Positions 23,038 through 38,341 of a DNA stretch of 64,000 nucleotides are shown here, in pieces. Numbering within the stretch: the stretch's first letter is position 1; the number at the start of each line of letters is the position of its first letter. Under the pieces are notes generated by a model, which did no database searches, was not told the origin of the DNA, and was given only the letters and a program-made list of their open reading frames with translations. The DNA is from Salpingoeca rosetta (lineage: Eukaryota; Protista; Choanoflagellata). The position numbers were made by a program, and so were the translations under genes. The stretch spans positions 501,628 through 565,627 of the forward strand of contig JAWQFM010000006.1 in assembly GCA_033442325.1 (NCBI GenBank), written 5' to 3'.

Positions 23038-25387
23038 CTAGAGCGTGGATGAGGTGTTGAGATCTTCCACGTGCACCTCCCGTCCAACCCCCTCTGGCAC
23101 CATCTCCTGCTCCTCCCCAACATCAGCGCGGCCGCCATGGCCATCACCACCAGCATCGCCACCGGTGCCCATCATCTCGGCAGGAATGACCTCGTACGCG
23201 TGTGTGTCCTGTGGCACGCGGCTGTGCTGGTGCATCTGCCGCATGTGCATCAAATGCTGATGGCGGTGATGATGAAACCCATGCTGTTGCTGCTGCTGCG
23301 GTTGCTGTTGTGTGGTGGTGTCTGGCACAACACCAAATGCGGAGCGCGGTGGCGGCCTCACAGGTGCTGTTGAAGACGATGCGTACATGGACGCTGGCCG
23401 GCGACCGTACATGGCGTTGGAGGCGGTGCGCATGGTGCTGGCCTGATCTGGCGTGATGGTCGCCGCACCCTCGCCCTCAACCTCCCACGGCACCTCCCCA
23501 AGCTGCGCATCCACGTACATGTGCGTGGCACGACGCGACGGCACGCTCAGGTGCTGCAGGGACCCGGAGTGGATGTTTTCGCCAGTCGGGGCCGCAGACA
23601 CGTGCGAGAAGCGATGTGGATGTGTCGCAATGTACTCCTGCATCCCTTCGCTCTCAGAGACAGCCCGCCGCACGCGCCCAAACGATGGTGGCTGTGGTTG
23701 CTGGTACCTGGGGTGGGTTGGCGGGACAACCGTGTCGTTGCTTGCAAGCAAATCTGCATCGCCACGACTCCGCCGTGCCTCCTGCTCCTGCATGCGCTGC
23801 TGCTGCATTTCAAGAAAGTAGTGGGATGGCGGGTCTTGCTGTGAGTGCGTGCGCCCACGGCTGTGCTGGAAGCGATGCTGCTGCTGCTGCTGCTGCTGGG
23901 CGAAGGACGACGGGTGGAAGGGCTGGGCATACACCGTGTTGCTGAACGTGGTGGCCATGGATCCGGACGCATCCATCGACGTGCTGCCCTCCTCGCTCCC
24001 TTCCATGGACGTGTACTCCTCGTCCACCTCCTGAAAGCTGCGGTCGAGCGGGATCGGGTCGGTGGCGGTCGTTGCGCTCACCATCTGCGCGGTGGCCTTG
24101 CTTGAGCGGCTGCCATGCGACGCCGTCATGGCGCGTGATGACGTTTCGTATGTCGTCATTTGCGCCTCCTCGCTCTTGCCGGTGATGATGATGCCGCAGA
24201 GGCGGAAGCACAGGATCATGCACGCGAGCACGCACAGCGCAGCCAGCACGGCAATCAGCACGAGGAAGGTTGAGTCCTGGTCCTTGGAGAAGGTGTTGAG
24301 AGCGACAGCCTGGTGGGTCATGCCAAGGTTGTCCATCACATGCACGCGCCCCTCTCGCACGGCAACGCGGACAGGCGCGATCTGTACGCGGGGCCCACGC
24401 GCTGTGACCAACACCATGCCCTTGTACTCGTTGAAGGTGAACGTGACCGCGCTCGTGCTGACGTTGGCGCGTGTGAACTGCGCGCGCAGCTGTGCCTCCA
24501 GCGCATCTGTTGTTCCAGCAACGATGAAGAACCGCGGCGCCTGGCGCAGCACAAACGCAAACGTGTCCTCGCTTGGTGCCGCCGTTGTTGTTGTGGTGGT
24601 TGTTGTTGTGGTTGTGGTTGTTGCTGTTGTCGTGGTTGTTGTCGTTGTCGTTGTCGTGGTGGCTGTGGTTGTGGTTGTGGTCGTTGTTGTAGTTGTTGTT
24701 GATGGAGGTGCACCTGTGGTTGTGGTTACTGTTGTCGTGATTGTTGTCGTGATTGTCGTTGTTGTGGTTGTTGTGGTCGTTGTTGTAGTTGTGGTTGTTG
24801 AAGGCGGCGCACTTGTGGTTGTGGTTGTTGTGGTTGTGGTTGTTGAAGGCGGCGCACTTGTGGTTGTCGTTGTCGTGGTCGTTGTAGTAGTAGTAGTAGT
24901 TGTGGTCGTGGTCGTGGTAGTGGTTGGAGTGGTCGTGCTAGTCGTTGTTGTGGTCGTGGTTGAGGGAGCAGTTGTTGTTGTTGTGGTAGTTGTGGAAGTT
25001 GGGGTTGGAGTGGTGCTTGTCGAGCCTGCACGTACATCATCACATCATCACATCAACATGATGCATCCACACATGCACACACAATCAACACACAAGACAC
25101 ACAATACACGCATTCACACATTCACACACAATACACACGTTCACACACATACACATGAGCACATGTGCATGCAGACAAGTACATGTACGTGGTGAGGTTA
25201 GAGTTGAGACATGCTTCAAAAAAGCAGTTTGCAGACGACAAGCGAAGCAAGCCCAATCACAGCAAAGCGCCAAGCATGCAAGAAACGCGTGGTGTGACTC
25301 ACTCTGAGCGAGGGCGGTGTGCTGGGAAGCGACGACGGCGACGATAAGCGCCACCAGGAGCGCCTTGGCGCAAGAGAGCCTTGTCAT
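23038..25387 (-). CDS. Mucin-like type I membrane protein, ~690 aa: signal peptide, Thr-rich stalk, SEA-like domain, TM, Tyr-motif-rich tail, C-terminal PDZ ligand
   Basis: Exon 1 (25387-25303, MTRLSCAKALLVALIVAVVASQHTALAQ, donor gtgagt) splices in frame to exon 2 (25025-23038). About 150 aa of poly-Thr/Ser/Pro; TM LVLIAVLAALCVLACMILCF; tail ends ..NTSSTL*. Confidence 0.85.
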
Positions 25388-25565
25388 GCTGCAGCGCGGG
25401 GCGTGCGGCGTGCGGTGTGCGCGGATAAGAAATTATTGACGGCAAAGACAGCCTTTGATGAGGTCTGACAACAAAAAGCACGAGAGGAGCGAAGATGGGA
25501 GCGAGAGAGAGAGAGATGCGTGAGTGGATTGGGGACGCACAGCTCGAGCGGGCGGGTGTTGTGTG

Positions 25566-25644
<79 letters not shown>

Positions 25645-26325
25645 GGGGTATGTGGTTCGTGCCTCCCTTCTCTCCCCCCCCCCCTGGTGTTGTTGCTGCT
25701 TGCTTCACCAGCTCCAGTTATAGCACCCGAAACACGAACACGGCGAGCGTGCAGTTGCATTGTTTCGACACACCTTAGAAGTCACCGTGCAGCGCCGTCA
25801 AGCGCAAAGCCGTCTGCCCCGTGGTGGTGAGGACGATGAGGTACGCAGCCAAAGCCAAAGCTCAAACAAACCAAAAAGTGTTCGGATATGGGGGTGGCGA
25901 TCCGTGGGGTCGCCCTGTGATGTGTTGCTGGCCGGTTGGTCGGTGTTGCTTTGTTTTGTGTCGCACAACATTGTCACCGCCCAGCCACGGCAGAGCAGGT
26001 TGCGTGGGAAGCTTGAGCGTGTGTGTGTGTGTGTGTGTGTGTGCGTTGCCTCCGTTGCTTTGCTTACTCCATCGTCACCCACGGCAATCACACAGCCCAC
26101 GCTCTTGCTTTTGCACTCTTTTGCTCACTGATCATTTGCACGAGATTATGTAAATTGCACCACTTGCGCACTTGCAATTGGCAAATCAAGGAGACAAAAG
26201 CTCAAGAAGAGACAAACGACAACCACCGATACCAACCAACCACTGCCCGCCTTCTTCCAATCGACACACACACATACACACACACGCACACGCACACGCA
26301 CGCAGTAGCATTGCAGCTGAAGAAG

Positions 26326-31264
<4,939 letters not shown>

Positions 31265-31729
31265 GTCACGAGCGTGTCATCCCCACTTTGCACTGTTCTG
31301 CCTTTCCTCCTCCTCCTCTTTGGTCTGTGCGTTCACTCGTGCGATGTTGCTGTTCACGCTATCTCACCCTGTCGACTGTTTGCTCTCCTCAACCCTCGGC
31401 CCTCTACTCATGTGCACGCTGCAGTTACGACATGTGACCAGCAGCAGGCAGCAGCAGCAGCAGCAGGCAGCACGCCGCCAACCGTGTCCTCTCTGTATTG
31501 CTTTACCATGTCTTGCTTTCCTGTATGGTTGCGCCTTGTTTTGTTTGGGATAACGTGTCGTTTGTATGCTGTCAAGCACATTGATGAAATAATTGCTCCG
31601 ACTCAAGTCAAGTGTAACCAAAGAAAGCGACGCAATGCCACACGCACACACATGTGATGTATTGAAAGACACAGCTGATTATTGCACGCAACCACCACCA
31701 CCACCTGCGGGCTTGTGTGCACTATTGCA

Positions 31730-33832
31730 TCATGCCATGGGCAGTGTGTCCCAGTCAAACTCCTCTTCTTCATCGACGTTGAAAATGTCAGTTGTCTGCG
31801 AAGCACAGGGTGTGTGTGTGTTTGGTGCGCGCGTTGTGAATGAGAATGACGGTATTGCATGTGTGTGTGTAAGTATGCCCTCGTGCGTTCACATGTGTAC
31901 ATGAAGGAGAGCAGTGGGCAAAGCCCGTACCTGTGGCTGTGGTTGCTTCGGCGCCTGTTCAAGGGTTGCGCAGGGGGAGGATACATATGTAAAAACCCGT
32001 GCGCGCGAGCATGTGAGACGTGGATCATGACGTCAGTAATCCAAGTGATGTGAGAACACACGCACACACATACACATGCACGCACAGACACGTACCATGG
32101 GCAACGCAGAGAGGTCCATGCTTGCGAGCGGGTTGGTGGACGATTGGAGGAGCGTGTTGAACGACGCTGCCAAGTCGGGAAAGTGCGGAGAGAGGAGCCA
32201 GTTTCCGCTCAAGCTCATGTCACCCTGAACATTCTTCACCAGGTCTTGCGTTTTCCTTGATGATGTTTGAAGGCCAAATTATGGCAGTGATGCGAGTCAT
32301 GAATGACAGAAGACCAGTGGGGAGAGGAAACATACACGCATACGCACGCAACACGCATGCACACAGACACACACACACACACATGTTCACGGATGTTCAT
32401 GCACACAGACACACACACACACACACTCTCTCTCTCTGCTGTCATCACGCACTTGTAGAGGCTCTGATCAAGTGTTTGCAGCAGTGGTGGATTTGACTCC
32501 AGGTTCTGCAATCAGTCACACACACAATATCAATGGGCTCAGATGTGAGTTGATACCATGGCAAGATTAACACCACCACCACCACCACCACCACCACCAT
32601 CACGGCCACTCACCGACATGACGCCCTGCACTGTTTCAAACGTGAGCACAGGCGGGGCCGCTGCTGTTGCCGTCACAGACGATGTTGGGGCAGTGGATGT
32701 GGCGGGCGCTGCTGGTGCTGGTGCTGTTGGTGCCATCGTCGTCGTGGTGATGATGGATGCGGCGGTTGATGATGTTGTTGGTGTTGTTGCGGGGGCTGTG
32801 TCAACGATGCTGGAGTAGATTTGAGAGAAGGAGGAGTTGAGGTCATGGAACGCAGATAAGCTCGCATTCAAATCTGCACAACCGGACGGGGGAGGAGCAC
32901 GGTGGTAGAGTTTGGTTGGCGTGTCAGTCAGTGAGAGGAGGCAAAGATCGCAAGTGCATTCGCTTTCAAGTTCAAACTCACATTACGCCCACTAGACACG
33001 CATACACACACGCGCGCGCACATACACACAGAGACAGACACACGCACACACACACGCATACACACGCCGACACACACACACACGCACACACACGCATACA
33101 CGCACGAACAAACACACGCACACACACGCATACACGCACGGACAAACACGCACACACACGCACGCACACAGACGAACCAATGTTGTCGGGAACCGCGAGC
33201 TGGTTGTCGTGTAACTGCTGATGCGACAACGGCTGCTGTGTTTGCTGCTGCTGCTGTTGTTGTTGCGCTTGCTGCTGCGGCACAAGAGAAGAGAACGATG
33301 CTGACGGTATGCCCTGCGACCCAAGCAACTCGGCAAGCTGCGCCTGCTGCAGCACACCGGACATGCTTGATGTTGGGCTGAATGCTGTTGGCGGTTTCTT
33401 GGCAGGCTCTTCCCCCGTATCCGACGACTTGCTCTAGTGAAATACGCAAGTGTGTATAAGTGTGTTTACAAGTGTTGTGTGCCAGTGTATTTGTTGTGTG
33501 TGTATGAGTGTGTAAATGAGTGTTGTGTGTGTGTGCGTGTGTTTGAATGCACGTGAGGAATTGTGGGCGCAAATCGGTACATCATGCAATCTGAGGACAT
33601 GCAACGTATCAGTCAGTGCCGGTAAGTGGTGGTGGTGTCGGTCATGAGTGCTGTCGCTTATGCCCCACCGTCTTCTTCTTGCGCTTCCTGCTTGTTTTGC
33701 TCCCGTCCGTCTCTGGGTCATAATCTTCGTTGATTGCCCAGTAGCATCCCTGCACGGACCCATTGCATGCATGCGCGTTTAGGTTTTGGAAGTGAGGGTG
33801 GTGGTGGTGGTGGTGGTGGTGGTGGTGGTGGT

Positions 33833-33908
<76 letters not shown>

Positions 33909-34286
33909 CGCGCTTGTTTGCATGCGAGTGTGTGTGTGTGTGCATGTATGTGGTGTTGCTTGTGGGACTGTTACTTATGTGTTCTTTGCTTGTCACGTGT
34001 GCGTGGCTGTGTGCCTGTGCTTTGGCACAAGTGATGGCGGCATTCTGCATCCAACAGCTGCCAGTGACACGACCAGCAAACGCACGCGGGAAAGCGCACC
34101 TTGCCGTGATCTGCTGGGTCCCTTGGGACTTTCTTGAACATCTTGTTGAGGGACAGGTTGTGTCGGACAGAGTTCTGCAATTGGGGTATCGCGCAAGCAT
34201 CAGATGACACAATCAGCACCACACACAGATCCACGCAGCAGAAGGGGTGTACGGCACACACACGTAAGCGTACACGCACGCACACA

Positions 34287-34319
<33 letters not shown>

Positions 34320-35273
34320 CGGTTAGTTAGCGGACCTTCCAGCCTTTGTCTGCGGTGCGAAAGTAAGGGTAGTTCTCCTGAATCCACTCGTAGATGTCTG
34401 CAAGCGTCATCTTCTTCTCGCCAGTCTTCACACTGCAGGTGGCGGCAGGCATGGTGATGAGAGAATGGGTCGAACTCAATGGTTGAAGAATGGAGCGCAT
34501 GCATGAACACCATAGTAACATGAGTGCGTGGAGCACTGGGCCATGTACGTACACCCCCACAACCATGAACGTGCAAAACAGAACAAGAATGACGCTGTCC
34601 CTACAACACGTGCGCACACGAGCACGCGCGCGCACACACACATCCAACACATCCAACACACACATACACATCCAACACACACACACACACACCACACACA
34701 CACACACACTCACAGACCTGTTGAGCGCAAAGGTGATGAGGGTAGCGTAGGAGTAGGGTGGCTTCCCGTCTTCCCTCCTGGATCAGTGATATATTCAAAG
34801 CGTGAACACGGAGGTCGTGTGACGTTCATGACAAAAACACACCCCAAATCAGCCAAGGCTGCATCGAGGCATCGGCACGAGGTACATGATCTATGATCAC
34901 CCTCTGGCGGCATCTCCCTGCGATCAATGGCAGTGTGTTGTGTGTTTCATCACGACACGGTCAGGCAAAGCCATGCTCACCCTCTGCCGACGTTCAAGCG
35001 CGGAAGCCAGTCAATGGAGGTGAGCGACTCGTTGAGCGCAATGTCTTGACGACCCTTGCCCTTTGTTGTGGTACTGCTGCCGTTGTTGGTATTTCCATTC
35101 CCATCACTGCCCGCTGATTTCCCAGGATGTGGCACGTCCCTACTTGCTCTCGTTGACGACGCTGACGAGGGTACCGCAGACGTCACGGCGCTCACAGCAA
35201 CGCCTGCAGCCGGTTGCTGAGGTGCAGGCGGCTGTTGTTGTTGTTGGTGGTGTTGTGCATGGTTGTCGCTCAT
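31730..35273 (-). CDS. FOXJ3: Forkhead transcription factor, FoxJ2/3 class, multi-exon (alternative ATG at 35315)
   Basis: [14 protein letters not shown]; [17 protein letters not shown] | [27 protein letters not shown] | [25 protein letters not shown] | GCYWAI; NLS-like SRKRKKK; last exon 31795-31730 [21 protein letters not shown]. Probably a pro-orthologue of both FOXJ2 and FOXJ3. Confidence 0.9.
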
Positions 35274-35763
35274 CGTCGTTGCCTTCTTTCCTGCCGTTGT
35301 GGAAAATTGTCTCATGTAACGGTGAAATGTCCAACGAACAACTCTGGGATGTCGGGGGGATACGTGTGAACGCCACTCGCACGATGAACTGTGCACGGCG
35401 GACAGGTGTGTGTGTGTGTGTGTGTGTATGTGTGTGTGTGTGTGTGACCTTTCTTGCATTTTCTCGTATTGTCTTGAGCTCTATTGCACACACGCTGAAA
35501 TGTAACTCAAAGGCTTCAGAGGAGAAACTCACAGACACAGCACACAGACACGGAACACAGACACAGGCACAGACACGATCGGGACGCGAGCAAAACGGAT
35601 ACACCATCAATAAGAAGTAGCAGCAGAGCAAGGACCAATTGGAACAAATGGCAAGGAGAAGAGGCCAGCGTTGACACCCATTGTCGTGCTGCAATTCAGC
35701 AGCCAGGGTGTGAGGCACATGGTGCTGTGAGTTGCTTGGTGCAACATCATTCCATTCGTTCGT

Positions 35764-37679
35764 TCAACGACGCTTTGTGTTGCGGCGGCTTCCGCTCTCG
35801 TCCGACCGACGTGCCTGAAAACAAAGCAGTCATGATTGCACGCAAATGCAACGAGGCACGAAATCGACACGTGAACCGAAGTCGTGGTCAAGGATGAACG
35901 TGGATGAAGGTGGACAACACAAGTAAGGCATAACGCTGCTCGCAGGCAGCATGACAGGCAGAATCACAGGCAGCATGGCAGGTACACACACACACACAAC
36001 ACACACGCACACACACACACACACACACAAATACAATACACAACACACGCACACACACAAACACAAGCGCACGATACCTTGTTCTGGGCGAGAAGGACGA
36101 GGATGCGCTTGAAGAGGGCGGCGGCGTCCACAAAGAGGTCGAGCGCGTGGCTCAGGTAGTCGCGGTCGCCCAGCTCGTGCTTGGTGATGATGACTTGCGT
36201 GTCAAAGACAACAAATCCGGAGAAGATGAGCATACCCAGCATCAGCTCGGCCTGGCAATGTGGGAGCACAATTGAGGGGGGGGGGATACGGTTGAGGAGG
36301 GTCGAATTGGGTTCAATGGGAATTGAAGAGGGATTGAGGGGGGTTGAATGGGAAGGAAGAGGGATTGAGGGGAGTTCAATAGGGTTCAAGGCAGGGGTGT
36401 GCGCAGAGAGAAGGTGAGGATGTGTTTCTCGTTGAGGAAGTGTAGGCGCTGATTTCGAACATGCAAAGCTTTCACGTATGCGGCGCAGAAGCAGAAACGG
36501 ATGCACCACATCACACGCAGTCTTTATCACCTCGACAGGAATTAAACGCTCGCCCCCCCCCCCAAATCACAAGCATGTCTGTAGTCGTGTGCTACCTGGA
36601 AGAGGATGATGGAGCCGAGGAAGATGTTGACAATGGCCATGGTCAGGCTGACCAGCATCATCGAGCCAAGGATGCCTGGTGTCACCACACACGCACGCAT
36701 GACAGCGTATAAACGAAACAGGTGTCAGTACAAATTGAACACTTGAACGGACCTCGCAAGCGCAAGTAAGACGTACACACACACACACATACATCCACTC
36801 ACGCACGCACACGCACACCTGCACACACACACACACGCACGCACACACACACGCACACATACATACATACACACACACACGTATATCCACATACATACAC
36901 ACGCACACACACACACACACCTCCAAGGTAAAGCCAGGTGCGGGAGGGAGCCTGGAGAGCCATCATGGTGAACGTGGCAAACACAAGCGTTGTCATCACG
37001 AGGGCTGTGGTTGGAATGCTTGGGTCGATGAACGCAACCAGATCCAGCAGGGGCCCGATGGAAACGCCTGTCAGAATGAAGGATGAAGATCGACGGACGG
37101 GTATAGGGTTAAGGGTGGAGAGGGTGGCGTGCGGTGTACATGTCAATACACGTGATTGGTGATGAGAGGAGGGGGGGGGCATGGGGGCAACCAGTTGACA
37201 AGACAGGGCAGCTTCTGGTGAAGGTGATGGATGGCTTCAAGACCGCTTTGTCTATGCGACCAACAGCAAACGTCACAAATGCACAGAACTGAGCCCTTCA
37301 CACACGCACACGCAACACAGAGCTGCCTCACCAGTAAGGAAGCCGAACCCAAGGAGGTAGAGCCAGCGCGACGTGGGCTGGTTGATGTCATTGCAGTGTG
37401 AGCTCTTGAGCTGATACACGCAGAACAGGCTGCCCAAGAACAGCAGCCAAAAGCCCGAAAACTGCCAGTCAAGCGCACACGCATAAGGAGGGTTAGTCTT
37501 GCCATGGCTTCGTTGGAGCCAACGCACGCGCAAACTCACGCAAACGCAAGCACGCTTGTCTGCCTTCCTCTCCCTCGCACATGTACAACACACGCACAAA
37601 CGAAAACACGCACGCACACACGCACGCACACACACACATGCACACACACACGCACGCACACACATGCACACACACACAT

Positions 37680-37726
<47 letters not shown>

Positions 37727-37958
37727 CACAAACACATACGCGCACACACATCAGCTGCCTTACCATGCCGTCAAGGACAACGTCGTAGGAGTAAGCGCCG
37801 ACGGCTGCAGCGCCAGCGGCGGCAGTGAGAGCGCCGTACACCCGCGTCAGGTGTTGCTGGGTGTCGCGCTTGACATGGGAGAAATCAAACATGCCCCCTG
37901 CTCCGCCAGCTGCTGCGCTTGGCGACGATGCTTCAGCCCTCATAAACGTGGTCTCCAT
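35764..37958 (-). CDS. TMBIM6: Bax inhibitor-1 (TMBIM6), 6 exons
   Basis: [34 protein letters not shown] | [25 protein letters not shown] | GIL.. | [39 protein letters not shown]; basic C-tail ..RRNTKRR*. Confidence 0.95.
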
Positions 37959-38341
37959 GCTGTGTGTCGTGGAACTTGTTGAGCCGCGAACGTCGAAGGT
38001 GCGTGTGCGTCTGGCTGTTGTTTGTTGATGTTGCAAAGCGATGAAGCGAGGTGGTTGACTGATTGGAAGGAAATGGCTGCTCCTCGCTGTTTGCTTTTTG
38101 CTCCATCAACGATTGCGTTCGCGCAGCGAGAAGAAGCAAGATCATCAACAAGAACGACTGATTTCAGTCGAAATCGCAATTCTGTACGTGATTTTGTAAA
38201 TTTTCTTCAACCACCACCCCGATCGTTGTCTCGCTTTCCACAGCCACCTCTGCCGCCTCCAGCCCTCACTGCCCTCACACCCCCCCACAGCACACACTTT
38301 CTTCCCTTTGACCTTTACCAGCCAGCCTGCCAACAAGAACC

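Noticed and set aside
24062-25195. 377-aa poly-Val ORF on the + strand
   Set aside because: Antisense reading of the poly-Thr mucin stalk.
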